A DNA stretch of 64,000 nucleotides from a virus (IMGVR_UViG_3300011480_000001:1-64000); one strand, 5' to 3'. Shown: positions 1 through 9,351, counted from the first letter of the stretch. Numbers and translations: made by a program. Notes: generated by a model from the sequence alone, not told the origin.

Positions 1-134
1 GTCTTGATATTGCAGCAGGAGAACGAGTTGCACAAGGTATGATTATCCCAATTGAAAAAGTAGAATTTGAAGAAGTTCGAGAGTTGTCAGAAACTGTACG
101 TGGTACTGGCGGATTCGGCAGTTCTGGTAAGTAA
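1..134 (+). CDS. dut: dUTPase, C-terminal fragment (truncated by window edge)
   Basis: Frame from nt 3 reads GERVAQGMII...SETVRGTGGFGSSGK*, matching trimeric dUTPase motifs 4 and 5. Confidence 0.92.
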   Translation, partial: LDIAAGERVAQGMIIPIEKVEFEEVRELSETVRGTGGFGSSGK

Positions 135-143
135 GGAGAGAAT

Positions 144-827
144 ATGTCACAAATTAAAGTAGAATATATTGACCACATGGGAGACGACCTTCGTATTTCG
201 AACGTTGCCCGTGTGAGCTTCGGTAAATGGAAAGAAGAGATTGACGAAAAAGATGTAAAGCTGATTAAGTATTTGGCGGAACATGAACACAACTCGCCCT
301 TCCGACATGTTCAAATCAGTGTTCGTTGCAAGGCTCCTGTGTTCCTTGCTCGACAACTCGTAAAGCATTGCGTAGGCCTAAGCTGGAATGAAATTAGTCG
401 TCGTTATGTTGATACAGATATTGAGTTCTACGAGCCAGAGGAGTGGCGTAGTCGCCCTGAAGGTGGGATTAAACAGGGTAGTGGTGATACAGAAGTGAAA
501 TGGCTACAGTGGAAAGATTGTGAGGGGTACAGCAGCCCATCTAGTGTAAAAGAAGACTACCGGCTTTTGATGGAAACCTGTCTTGAATATTATGAAGAAA
601 TGTTAGAAAACGGTATTGCACCAGAGATGGCACGAATGGTACTTCCTCAATCTATGATGGTAGACTGGGTTTGGACAGGCAGTTTAGAGGCTTTCTACCA
701 TATGTACCGGCTTCGTTCAGGCGAGGGTGCTCAAGTAGAGGCTCGTGAGTTTGCAGAAAAACTAAAAGAAGTTGTACAACCACTATTCCCCAATGCTTGG
801 CAAGCTCTGGTAGGAGAAGTAAAATGA
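144..827 (+). CDS. thyX: FAD-dependent thymidylate synthase
   Basis: HNSPFRH, ARQLVKH, NEISRRY and PEMARMVLPQ motifs; RBS AAGGAGAG. Confidence 0.95.
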   Translation: MSQIKVEYIDHMGDDLRISNVARVSFGKWKEEIDEKDVKLIKYLAEHEHNSPFRHVQISVRCKAPVFLARQLVKHCVGLSWNEISRRYVDTDIEFYEPEEWRSRPEGGIKQGSGDTEVKWLQWKDCEGYSSPSSVKEDYRLLMETCLEYYEEMLENGIAPEMARMVLPQSMMVDWVWTGSLEAFYHMYRLRSGEGAQVEAREFAEKLKEVVQPLFPNAWQALVGEVK

Positions 828-1015
828 ATTCAATTGATTACGGCTTCTGTGACTATTTGGACACTCTGTGGAACTTGTATCAAGTACGAGCAGGCCTTAG
901 TAGTGCTAACGCTGCAAGGCGTGTACTTGATATTCGTGAAGATGCTTTAGTAGCTTATTTGGATGGCGTTTCAGCACAACAGTTTTATCTAGAAGATATT
1001 GAGGAAGTAGAATGA
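824..1015 (+). CDS. hypothetical protein
   Basis: ATG overlaps thyX stop; RBS AGGAG. Confidence 0.7.
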   Translation: MNSIDYGFCDYLDTLWNLYQVRAGLSSANAARRVLDIREDALVAYLDGVSAQQFYLEDIEEVE

Positions 1016-1245
1016 GTAATTTCAAGCAAGTAACAGAAACAGAATTTAAAGAGTTTCTAGATTCATATCCGAATAAACTAGAGTTCAATGTAAGTCGTAT
1101 GTGTGAGCCGCCAATGGGTAGTCATAACGATTTTACTGAGGGTAAGGTTTGGCCTGAGTCGATGGTCACTAAAGTTATTCTGACCAACGGTGAGGCTTAC
1201 TATGATCATGAACCAAACACCTATTATGTTAAGGAAGATGTATGA
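1012..1245 (+). CDS. hypothetical protein
   Basis: ATGA coupling, GAGGA RBS. Confidence 0.75.
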   Translation: MSNFKQVTETEFKEFLDSYPNKLEFNVSRMCEPPMGSHNDFTEGKVWPESMVTKVILTNGEAYYDHEPNTYYVKEDV

Positions 1246-1607
1246 TCGGTTTTAATCTAAGCGTCTCAGACTTACTTCTAGTAGATGGATTCAAAGAAGC
1301 TTTTGGTCAAGGTAATAAAGAAGAGATTAAACAGATTCTTTTCAATAATGGTATGGATGTAAATAAAGAGTTTGAACTTGTCTTCTGTCGTCATCGCAAT
1401 CTTCGTGGGATGGTGGTAGAATGCCAACGTTATGAGGGCGAGGAAAGATTTGATCGTGATTGGCTCAAGTCGGGCGCTGCAAGTTGGGAAGCTCAGCTAG
1501 AAGCTTGTGATCCTCAGACACGAATTGATTTGAAAGTGATGGGTAATCGAGCCAGTCCAACAGAATCGGCTATGCGCCATGCAGCTTCAGATAAACCAGA
1601 TATTTAA
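1242..1607 (+). CDS. hypothetical protein
   Basis: ATGA coupling, AAGGA RBS. Confidence 0.75.
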   Translation: MIGFNLSVSDLLLVDGFKEAFGQGNKEEIKQILFNNGMDVNKEFELVFCRHRNLRGMVVECQRYEGEERFDRDWLKSGAASWEAQLEACDPQTRIDLKVMGNRASPTESAMRHAASDKPDI

Positions 1608-1616
1608 GGAAGATAT

Positions 1617-2612
1617 GTGTTAACTAAAATTCAAACACCAACAGATAGTTATGTACGGCATTACCCTCGTATTGTAGAGCTTGCAAATAAACAGCTGGAA
1701 GAACAACTTTGGTTTAGCTCTGAAATGGTTGTAGAGCTTGATCGTATGCAACTGCTTTATGAACTTACACCAGAACAACTTCACGCGGTAAAAACGGTTC
1801 TTACTTTCTTTGTTCGCTACGAGCTTAGTGTTGGCGACATGTGGAAAAAGGTTGCGGAACTGTTCCCAAGGCCTGAAGTACAATTAGCGGCAAGTGTTGT
1901 AGAATGTGTTGAACGCGCAGTTCATGCTGAATTTTACAATCAACCTAACCAGCAACTGGGTTTGGACACAGACGAACATTACTTGGCTTATACGAAAGAT
2001 CCTGAGCTACTAGAACGAGCACAATGGATTGGTAAACTTTTGTCAGATAAAGAAGATCCAATTCTAGGTGTAATTACGTTCTCAATGATTGAGACAGCTA
2101 TTCTTTTCAGTAGCTTTGCGATCTTGAAGAGTTTCCAAAGTAATGGCTATAATTTGATTCCAGTGATTGCACGAGGCACAAACCAATCTGCAATTGACGA
2201 AGACTTACATGGGATGATTACAGCGGAGATTATCAACACCTACTACTCTGAATTGGGCAAGAAACTTGTTGATGATGAAAGTCGTTATCCTAAGATCGTT
2301 GAAGCTGTAAAATATGCTTACGAGCATGAATGTCGTATCATTGATATTGCTATCCCAGAAGATACCTTTAACGGAGTAGCAAAACAAGAATACAAGGAGT
2401 TTGTTAAGAAACGACTGAACACCTACCTAACCCGTATCCAACTACCGGAGATGTTTGAGGTTGGTGAGTGTTCAATTACTGAATGGTTTGAACTGAATAC
2501 CTATGCTTATAAAGTTGTAGACTTCTTCACTCCAGGCATAGGCATGGAATATGAAAGTTCTTGGGATGAAACAGGGTTTGTAAAAGGATGGCGAGAAGCT
2601 AAAAATGATTGA
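1617..2612 (+). CDS. nrdB: ribonucleotide reductase class I beta subunit
   Basis: Metal ligands ERAVHAEFY (ExxH plus radical Tyr), IETAILFSSF, DEDLHG, C-terminal DFF; GTG start. Confidence 0.93.
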   Translation: MLTKIQTPTDSYVRHYPRIVELANKQLEEQLWFSSEMVVELDRMQLLYELTPEQLHAVKTVLTFFVRYELSVGDMWKKVAELFPRPEVQLAASVVECVERAVHAEFYNQPNQQLGLDTDEHYLAYTKDPELLERAQWIGKLLSDKEDPILGVITFSMIETAILFSSFAILKSFQSNGYNLIPVIARGTNQSAIDEDLHGMITAEIINTYYSELGKKLVDDESRYPKIVEAVKYAYEHECRIIDIAIPEDTFNGVAKQEYKEFVKKRLNTYLTRIQLPEMFEVGECSITEWFELNTYAYKVVDFFTPGIGMEYESSWDETGFVKGWREAKND

Positions 2613-4338
2613 TTATTCAGCACTACGAAAAGACTTACAAAGCAAAGGAGAAATTCCTGAGTGGTTTACTACAGGCGGTACACAACTGTTCTATGAGAAA
2701 TACAGCTATCAGAATGAATCTGTAAAGTCTCGTTTCAAGACAATTGCTAAAGCTTTGGCTGTGCATGCACCAACTGAGTATCCTGAATGGTGGAATGAAG
2801 ATCCTTATACATTCAACCAGACATGGGAAGATGTATTCTTTAAGACTTTGTGGGATGGCTTTATTAGCTGTTCCACCCCACTTCTGGCTAATGCTGGATT
2901 GCGTCAACGAGGGACTACAGTTAGTTGTGCTGGTGGTTATGTAGGTAATAACCTGTTTGATCGTTACAATGCTGTAACTGAGGCTGCAATCCTCACCAAA
3001 CACAGTCATGGCACTAGTTATTCTATTGATCATTGGCCAGCGGAGGGTGAGAAGCTAAAACGAGGTGGGCGCTCTCTTGGTGTTATGCCTATTGTTCGTG
3101 ATTTCATTGGTTGTATGGAAGAGGTTACACAAGGCAGTCGCCGGGGCAGCCTTGCTTATAGTATTCGTCCTCAACATGGCGACTTCTACAAAGTATTAAA
3201 GCACTTGTATGAACGCACAGAGTCAAACAACGTTGGTTGGTTGATTGATGATGAATTTGTTCGTCTAATGGAAGATGAAGATCCAGAGATTGAAGATAAG
3301 TTTGGTAAGATGCTTGGTGTTAAACTTCCACGAGGTAAGGGATATAAAACCTTTATTTCAAAGATGAATCGACACCTAGCAGAAGCCTTCAAGCGAAAAG
3401 GGATGACTGTAAAGGCTAGCAACTTGTGTCAGGAGACGTGCCTTCCGTCAGATGAGGATTATACGTTCAGTTGTGTAATTCTGAACTACAATCTTGAGCT
3501 TTGGGATGTATGGCCTGAACATCTTGTCTTCATTGGCCAAGTAATGTCGGACTGCAATATTAGTGAATACCTTGAGTGCATGGAGGAGATGACTCCAATG
3601 GATAAACAAGCCATGCAGAAGATTTACCGATTCACTAAAGAGTTCCGTAGTTTAGGGAGCGGTGTACTTGGTTGGCATACACTAATGCAAAGTAAGAAAA
3701 TCAACGTGTCTTCACTAGATTGTATGTTCCTGAACACTAAGATTTTCAAGCATCTGGATAAGCAGTCATTGGAAGCTAGTGAGTGGTTGGCTGAGGTTCT
3801 AGGAGAGCCGCTTGGTTGCAAAGGTCTTGGTATCCGTAATGCTACACGCCTTATGATGCCACCAACCAAAAGTACCGCTGAAATTATGGCAGGTGCTTCA
3901 GAGGGTATTGGTCTTGACACTGCAATGGCTTTCACTAAACAATCAGCAGGCGGTGAATTTTTCCGTGTAAACAAAGTCCTAGTGAAGTGGATTAAAGAGA
4001 GAGGACTTGACTTTGATAAGTGTGTTCGTGAAGTTGTTGCAAACAAAGGCAGTGTTCAGAGTGTAGATTGGCTTGATGACGAAGAAAAAGCAGCACTTCG
4101 TACAGGCTTTGAAATTCCAATGGAAGATTACCTACGTCTTTGCTCACAACGTCAAAAGTACATTGATCAGGCCCAGTCAATTAACCTTTACTTTACTTCT
4201 AACGACACTGAGGAGTATATTGGTAAGATTCACAGGATGGCATTCAAGGATGAAGGTATCTTGAGTCTATACTACATCTACAGCATGCGTGGTGCTGGTG
4301 ACATCAAGCGTGTTGAGTATTGTGAGATGTGTATGTAA
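2605..4338 (+). CDS. nrdA: ribonucleotide reductase class I alpha subunit (compact, no obvious ATP cone)
   Basis: STP, SNLCQE active site, PT, DQAQSIN, SLYY, C-terminal CEMC. Confidence 0.95.
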   Translation: MIDYSALRKDLQSKGEIPEWFTTGGTQLFYEKYSYQNESVKSRFKTIAKALAVHAPTEYPEWWNEDPYTFNQTWEDVFFKTLWDGFISCSTPLLANAGLRQRGTTVSCAGGYVGNNLFDRYNAVTEAAILTKHSHGTSYSIDHWPAEGEKLKRGGRSLGVMPIVRDFIGCMEEVTQGSRRGSLAYSIRPQHGDFYKVLKHLYERTESNNVGWLIDDEFVRLMEDEDPEIEDKFGKMLGVKLPRGKGYKTFISKMNRHLAEAFKRKGMTVKASNLCQETCLPSDEDYTFSCVILNYNLELWDVWPEHLVFIGQVMSDCNISEYLECMEEMTPMDKQAMQKIYRFTKEFRSLGSGVLGWHTLMQSKKINVSSLDCMFLNTKIFKHLDKQSLEASEWLAEVLGEPLGCKGLGIRNATRLMMPPTKSTAEIMAGASEGIGLDTAMAFTKQSAGGEFFRVNKVLVKWIKERGLDFDKCVREVVANKGSVQSVDWLDDEEKAALRTGFEIPMEDYLRLCSQRQKYIDQAQSINLYFTSNDTEEYIGKIHRMAFKDEGILSLYYIYSMRGAGDIKRVEYCEMCM

Positions 4339-4344
4339 AATCTA

Positions 4345-4369
4345 AGCCCCGCTTCGGCGGGGTATTTTT
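4345..4369 (+). terminator. intrinsic terminator after nrdA
   Basis: CCCCGC-TTCG-GCGGGG followed by TATTTTT. Confidence 0.85.
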
Positions 4370-4384
4370 ATATCTGAGAATTTT

Positions 4385-4681
4385 ATGAATTACGACGAAA
4401 AGTGTAGAGAAGATTTCAAAACCAATAAAAACTCTTGCATTGCATGGTATCTTATGGCATCATACGCATACTATTGGAAAGATGAAAGCCTTCTGTCTGA
4501 TCCAGTATTTGATAAAATGTGCTTGTATATTCTCAACAATTGGGATACACTTGAACACAAGCTTAAGAGCTTTGTACCAAAAGAGAGTCTTTCAGCAGGT
4601 ACAGGCTATAATATTGCTTTCTCAAGCTTTCCTAATGGTTTTGTAAGGGTTATTGAAAACTTAATTGGAGAAATTCATTGA
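4385..4681 (+). CDS. small protein resembling the N-terminal (Ia) subdomain of NAD-dependent DNA ligase
   Basis: ASYAYYWKDESLLSDPVFD resembles the YY..D.P.ISD.EYD motif. Confidence 0.55.
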   Translation: MNYDEKCREDFKTNKNSCIAWYLMASYAYYWKDESLLSDPVFDKMCLYILNNWDTLEHKLKSFVPKESLSAGTGYNIAFSSFPNGFVRVIENLIGEIH

Positions 4682-4893
4682 CACCTAAGAAATTATGGTT
4701 TATCTTTGATGGAGTTGAGGAGGTTTGTGGTCCTTACGATTCTGCGAAGATTGCACAAGAAGAGCTTGACATGTACATTGAAGAGCTATATTTTCTAGAC
4801 TACTTTCCAAACCCTTATGTTGACTTCATTGAGCAAGACGATTACACTGAGTCGGCATACAAAGAGAAATTCTACAAGACAAAGGTGAGATGA
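4678..4893 (+). CDS. hypothetical protein
   Basis: TTG start overlapping upstream stop; GGAG RBS. Confidence 0.65.
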   Translation: MTPKKLWFIFDGVEEVCGPYDSAKIAQEELDMYIEELYFLDYFPNPYVDFIEQDDYTESAYKEKFYKTKVR

Positions 4894-4894
4894 G

Positions 4895-5281
4895 ATGGCA
4901 AAAGAATTTTCAGCAGAATTTGAGTTGTGGGTTGCAAACTACTACAAGGCTAAGGTAGAATCTTGTCGTGATCGTGGAATCGAATTTAAGCTCAGTTTGA
5001 TTTCTGTTAGGAACCTTCTGTCAGCTAAATACTGTGGCTACACGGGAATGGAGTTGACCCGGAACAAGGCAGGTGCTAAGTCAGCTATTCAGTCTGATGT
5101 TACAATAGATCGCATTGACAATTCAAAAGGATATGTCAAAGGTAATGTAATTGCTGTGAGTAACGTAGCTAACAATTTCAAGTCTATCTTTGAAAATCCT
5201 GTTTACAAAATGGATATGAAGATGGCTGAGAAAGCTTTGAAAACTATGCAAAAGAAATTGAAAACTGTTAAGGGGAAATAA
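4895..5281 (+). CDS. HNH-like (DRIDN-type) endonuclease domain protein
   Basis: CGYTG...TIDRIDNSKGYVKGNV...ANNFK. Confidence 0.65.
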   Translation: MAKEFSAEFELWVANYYKAKVESCRDRGIEFKLSLISVRNLLSAKYCGYTGMELTRNKAGAKSAIQSDVTIDRIDNSKGYVKGNVIAVSNVANNFKSIFENPVYKMDMKMAEKALKTMQKKLKTVKGK

Positions 5282-5770
5282 ATGCGCTATTCAAAAGGTA
5301 AATACGTTTTCAACAGCAAAGAAGTTTATGGTGTTGAAGTAACACTGAACAAAGTTATTCTAGGGTATCTGCAAAAGCTTCATGATTCTTTGTCAAAAAG
5401 CGCTTGTCATGGTGTTCCTATGCGATATGTAGAACAACAAGCTAAGATTGATGGTGTTGATGCTTATGAAGTAGATGTGGATAAAGCCGATATTCTGCGC
5501 ATGAAAGATATTGAGGAATTGATTTGGGTATTTAGTGCAGAAGAACCAGACATTTCAAGTTATGATTTTCACATTGATATGGTAACTGATGAAGGCAGAG
5601 AACCTGCTATGAAAGGTACAACACCTGTAAAATTCGTTACTACAGGTTTAAATGGTAAGGATGGGGAAGTGGAAAAAGAACGCTACCATCAAGATATGCT
5701 AGAGTATGATAAACGCAAGAAAGAAGGGTATAAACTGTTCGGTGAAATTTATAATGATTTGTCGTGGTAA
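5282..5770 (+). CDS. hypothetical protein
   Basis: Contiguous with upstream ORF; AAGGGG RBS. Confidence 0.75.
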   Translation: MRYSKGKYVFNSKEVYGVEVTLNKVILGYLQKLHDSLSKSACHGVPMRYVEQQAKIDGVDAYEVDVDKADILRMKDIEELIWVFSAEEPDISSYDFHIDMVTDEGREPAMKGTTPVKFVTTGLNGKDGEVEKERYHQDMLEYDKRKKEGYKLFGEIYNDLSW

Positions 5771-5782
5771 GGAGATTAAGAA

Positions 5783-6112
5783 ATGAAAAAGATGTATATC
5801 GCTGTCTTAGATGAAGCTCCAGATTATATGGTGCCGACGCTTGTAGCTCATTCTGCTATCAACGCACACATGAACTTCGAAGGCTATGAAGTTTATCAAG
5901 ACTGGCTTGAGAACTCGTATCGTAAAGTAGTGCTGAGAGTTAACAGGAAAGAGTTTGACAAGATTGCAGATACTTTGGTATGTTGGGGCGGTTATGAGAA
6001 CACCATCTGCAATGGTCATGTAACTTGTCTTGTGGTTCTTCCTGTTGATTCAGAGAAAGTGCCTAATGTGTTGAAGTTTGCTAAACTGTGGAAGCCGAAG
6101 GAGGCTACATGA
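5783..6112 (+). CDS. peptidyl-tRNA hydrolase type 2 (Pth2)-like protein
   Basis: KMYIAV...VAHS...WL....RKVVLRV...TCL pattern of the PTH2 fold. Confidence 0.6.
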   Translation: MKKMYIAVLDEAPDYMVPTLVAHSAINAHMNFEGYEVYQDWLENSYRKVVLRVNRKEFDKIADTLVCWGGYENTICNGHVTCLVVLPVDSEKVPNVLKFAKLWKPKEAT

Positions 6113-6300
6113 GAGGAAACCCGTTAGTAAATCTTGCTGCCATCCTAGTTATGCTCGCTAGTGTTCTTGTAGGAGGGGGTTATTGGCTGATTAATAAACA
6201 AGAGCAATCAAGAGAAATACGGCCAGAGGCCTTGCAATTGCCTGAGAAGAAAAGTAATATGAACAACAGCTTCGAAAGCTTGCACAAACACACCGAATAA
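6109..6300 (+). CDS. small membrane-anchored protein
   Basis: ATGA coupling, GGAGG RBS, one hydrophobic helix. Confidence 0.65.
   Translation: MRGNPLVNLAAILVMLASVLVGGGYWLINKQEQSREIRPEALQLPEKKSNMNNSFESLHKHTE
6232..6260 (+). promoter_or_regulatory. sigma70-like promoter upstream of the RNA ligase gene
   Basis: TTGCAA-17-TAATAT. Confidence 0.45.
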
Positions 6301-6314
6301 TTAAGGAGAGATTT

Positions 6315-7244
6315 ATGGAATTTAAAAAGTTTAGTAGCCTAGAGAACACCTACCGTCAAAACCTAATTGACAAGGTTCAATACGAAGGTAAGGATGGTGG
6401 TGCATGGATCGTTACCGAAAAGATCCACGGGGCTAATTTTAGCTTCTGGTGCGATGGAATCGAGGTGAAGACAGCCTCGCGTACACAATTTGTAGATGGT
6501 ACGTTCTACAATTGCCAAGCCGTAATTAATCGATATTCTGATGTGATTCTTAAGAATCACCAAGCTGTATTTGAACAAGGCACTGTTGTTGTGTACTACG
6601 GCGAACTGTTTGGTGGAAATGTGCAGAAAGAGGTCCAATATGGAGAAAAGGATTTCTGCGCTTTCGATCTTGTGATTGACGGAGTTGTTCAAGATAAAAT
6701 TGTTCAACGCGGTCATTGTGAAGCCCTTGGTATCCCAAACGCTCCGTACGTTTTCTGTGGTAGCTTTAAAGAATGTATGGAAGTTAATAACACATTTAAG
6801 TCTCTGCTTACTCCTGAGGGTTATGAGGGTGAGAACATTTCTGAAGGGTTGATAATTGAACCTGTTGTCCCCCAGTGGTTCAATAACGGCAGTCGTGTTT
6901 ATTTTAAAAACAAAACTGCTGGATTTTCTGAAAAGAACAGTACACCAAAAGAAAAGAAAGTCTTTGCTCTAAGTGAAGTAGAATCTGAACTTATGAACGA
7001 AATCCTTGAGTACAACACTACTCAGCGAGTCAGTAACGTTCTTAGTAAATTTGGTACAGTGACTAATAAAGACTTCGGTAAGATTCTTGGTCTTACTATG
7101 CAGGATCTATTAGAAGAGTTTACTAAAGAGACTGAAAAGAATTCAAAGCAAATCGCTGAGGATAATTGGAAAGACTTCAGTAAACTACTTCAAGCTGAAG
7201 TTTCTAAATCAGTTCGGGAGCAATTTGTGAAACTCTTGGATTAA
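6315..7244 (+). CDS. rnl2: RNA ligase 2 (T4 Rnl2 family)
   Basis: FKKFSSLEN start, motif I EKIHGANF, YGELFG, AFD, EG, FKNK. Confidence 0.92.
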   Translation: MEFKKFSSLENTYRQNLIDKVQYEGKDGGAWIVTEKIHGANFSFWCDGIEVKTASRTQFVDGTFYNCQAVINRYSDVILKNHQAVFEQGTVVVYYGELFGGNVQKEVQYGEKDFCAFDLVIDGVVQDKIVQRGHCEALGIPNAPYVFCGSFKECMEVNNTFKSLLTPEGYEGENISEGLIIEPVVPQWFNNGSRVYFKNKTAGFSEKNSTPKEKKVFALSEVESELMNEILEYNTTQRVSNVLSKFGTVTNKDFGKILGLTMQDLLEEFTKETEKNSKQIAEDNWKDFSKLLQAEVSKSVREQFVKLLD

Positions 7245-7248
7245 CGGG

Positions 7249-7286
7249 CAAAAGAAAAGCTCCCAACCAATTAAGGAAGGGAGCTT
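7249..7286 (-). terminator. terminator between the convergent + and - blocks
   Basis: Minus strand AAGCTCCC..GGGAGCTT followed by TTCTTTT. Confidence 0.75.
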
Positions 7287-7340
7287 GAATTAGGATAAAT
7301 ATGGGCTGGCTAAGCCCTATGTCTGCTTCATTGCAAACTA

Positions 7341-7703
7341 TTATTCTTGTTTTGTTTGACCAGTAACTAAAACATTATTAGTGTTTGTGTTAATGATCTT
7401 TGTATTATTCTTATAAGCTTGCTCAAGCCTTTCAACTCTTTGAGTAATTAGGCTTATTTGAGTACTGCTTGTATTCTGATAGTTATCCTGCTTTGCATCT
7501 GTTCTGTTTATTTTGGTTTCAAGATAGCTTGTATTATTAGCAATCACTTTAACCAAGTCTTCTTTCAAGCTTTCCATCTTCAAACCATATGTTGCAACTT
7601 GCTCACTTGTGTTATTATTCAAAAATAGAATTGACACTAAAAGGACGAGAACAACGAAGTGAATAACATCTATAGCTCTTTTTAATATATCCCATCCCAT
7701 CAC
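7341..7703 (-). CDS. single-TM coiled-coil protein in the lysis region
   Basis: N-terminal hydrophobic helix; GGAGTGGGG RBS. Confidence 0.7.
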   Translation of the reverse strand: MMGWDILKRAIDVIHFVVLVLLVSILFLNNNTSEQVATYGLKMESLKEDLVKVIANNTSYLETKINRTDAKQDNYQNTSSTQISLITQRVERLEQAYKNNTKIINTNTNNVLVTGQTKQE

Positions 7704-7711
7704 CCCACTCC

Positions 7712-8026
7712 CTAGTTTCTATTCTTGACTTGACCGAAGTACAACTGCAGTTGTCTCATAATGTCTTGTTGATTAGAATCAATCCGCTGCGCTAAGTTAG
7801 TAAACGAAGCGTCCATTCTTGAGTTAATCCTAATTTCCATCTCTTTAGTATCAGCCTTACCTACTTTATCCATCTGAAGCATAACAATCTTATCGTTAGC
7901 TAAACGTACATCAGTGGTTAAGTCTTTGTAAGCCATTCCCATGTAGGAGACGACAAGGGTAAGAAGAGCAATGCAAGCACGTTCCCAAAGGTTGTTTATA
8001 CGAACGTTAGCACTATCATTTGACAT
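7712..8026 (-). CDS. single-TM protein in the lysis region (holin/antiholin candidate)
   Basis: Start moved to MSNDS (AAGGA RBS); TM segment ACIALLTLVVSYMGMAY. Confidence 0.65.
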   Translation of the reverse strand: MSNDSANVRINNLWERACIALLTLVVSYMGMAYKDLTTDVRLANDKIVMLQMDKVGKADTKEMEIRINSRMDASFTNLAQRIDSNQQDIMRQLQLYFGQVKNRN

Positions 8027-8297
8027 TGTGAAGTTCCTTTTGCTGTTCAGTCCACTTCCTCTGTTTGTCCAACAGAAGCTCGTAATCAAACACACAAGAT
8101 GTGTTCTTCACATAACCACGGGCTAACGAACGAATAGTGTCTTCTGCACTAACAGCACCACAAGGATTAGTGAGTAAGCTATTTGGCATAAATACATACT
8201 CCGTCTTTGTTTGGATTACAGGCTTTGTCGAGGAGCATCCGTAAAGAGTCAGGCAAAGGACTATCAATGTCCAACTCAACAACATTTGGTTTTTCAT
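8016..8297 (-). CDS. outer-membrane spanin (Rz1-like lipoprotein)
   Basis: Lipobox LTLYG-C; overlaps the 3' end of the i-spanin in another frame; start at 8297 or 8285. Confidence 0.8.
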   Translation of the reverse strand: MKNQMLLSWTLIVLCLTLYGCSSTKPVIQTKTEYVFMPNSLLTNPCGAVSAEDTIRSLARGYVKNTSCVFDYELLLDKQRKWTEQQKELHNVK

Positions 8298-8604
8298 TGA
8301 TTGAAGCCTCTTGTTTTGGTTTAGGAGAAGGTTTAGCTTCAAGCTTATTCAACTCATCCAAAATCTTATCTTTCTTGTCAGAACGTTCTTGTTTCTGTTC
8401 TTGATATTCAGTGTTGATAAGGTCAGTTAGAGAACAGCTTTGTTTGTCATTTTCTCTAGCGTCTTCTGATGCTTTTAACGCTTGTAGAGCACTGTCTAGT
8501 GCCACCCCAAGGGTAGCGTTTTCTTCACTTAAATCGTATGTTTTGTAGCCTAGAAAAGAGCATAAAAGAACGAGAATAACTAAAGCTCCAAGTAGGAATT
8601 TCAT
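8179..8604 (-). CDS. inner-membrane spanin (Rz-like)
   Basis: N-terminal TM, coiled coil, C-terminal Cys; position after the holin. Confidence 0.8.
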   Translation of the reverse strand: MKFLLGALVILVLLCSFLGYKTYDLSEENATLGVALDSALQALKASEDARENDKQSCSLTDLINTEYQEQKQERSDKKDKILDELNKLEAKPSPKPKQEASINEKPNVVELDIDSPLPDSLRMLLDKACNPNKDGVCIYAK

Positions 8605-8834
8605 GTCTTCTCATCCTCTTCTTGATCTTCATCAAACTGCTTAACGAATTTCCCCAAGCTACCGAGGCCAGCTACAATACCCATGATTGTTACAATCCAG
8701 AAAGGACTTAAATAAATAAGTCCCATTCCAAAGGCGACAGAAAGGCCATAAGAAATGGCAATAAGAAGATTAGCAAATAGAGAAAGAGCCGAGTAAGAGC
8801 GTAAGTGCTTTTTCCAATTAGAGATTAGTTTCAT
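8601..8834 (-). CDS. holin (two TM helices, pinholin-like)
   Basis: MKLISNWKK.LRSYS start, two hydrophobic helices, acidic tail; next to endolysin. Confidence 0.75.
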   Translation of the reverse strand: MKLISNWKKHLRSYSALSLFANLLIAISYGLSVAFGMGLIYLSPFWIVTIMGIVAGLGSLGKFVKQFDEDQEEDEKT

Positions 8835-9318
8835 TTACGCCCTCCAAACACAGCTTATTTTCTTCTTGTCTTCGTTTAGTTAACCCGTTAAGGATTTTAC
8901 CATTTGCTTTATTCCAGCGTAAAAGCTCGTTACATGCACCAACTCTGTCGCCTGAATTGAGTTTCTTCAGAAGTGTGGAATTAGTAAAGGCTTTGACGCC
9001 AAGATTGTAAGTAAAGGAAAGATAGGCTGCCTGTTCTTTAGTAGAAAGGGGGACTCTTACAACCTTAAGCATGCCTCTCTCATGTTCTACAAGATCATCA
9101 GCAAGCTGCTCAAGGCATTGCTCATCTGTGAAAACTTCACCTTTCTTTAGCTCCGGCCCTGTGTGGCCGAAACATGAAGTGAGAATTCCAACAGGGTCAA
9201 CATAGACCTGATTTTCCTTCCCCTCAAAGTAGCTTACTGTACCTGACCCAGCCATTACAGCAGCAGCAGACAAACCAAGCCCAGCAAGAACTTTAGCGAT
9301 TTTAGGATTTAATTTCAT
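8818..9318 (-). CDS. SAR endolysin (GH24 lysozyme)
   Basis: Catalytic E-x8-D-x5-T (EGKENQVYVDPVGILT), FTYNLG, GLTKRR; Ala/Gly-rich N-terminal SAR segment. Confidence 0.93.
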   Translation of the reverse strand: MKLNPKIAKVLAGLGLSAAAVMAGSGTVSYFEGKENQVYVDPVGILTSCFGHTGPELKKGEVFTDEQCLEQLADDLVEHERGMLKVVRVPLSTKEQAAYLSFTYNLGVKAFTNSTLLKKLNSGDRVGACNELLRWNKANGKILNGLTKRRQEENKLCLEGVNETNL

Positions 9319-9335
9319 AATTCCCTCTTAAATAA

Positions 9336-9351
9336 AGCACTTCCTTGTGCT
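9336..9351 (-). promoter_or_regulatory. CsrA/RsmA-type binding hairpin in the endolysin leader
   Basis: RNA AGCAC-AAGGAA-GUGCU; ACAAGGAAGU fits (A/U)CANGGANG(U/A). Confidence 0.6.

Noticed and set aside
1617-4338. Introns or inteins in nrdA, nrdB or thyX
   Set aside because: The ORFs are continuous and compact, with no intein motifs seen.
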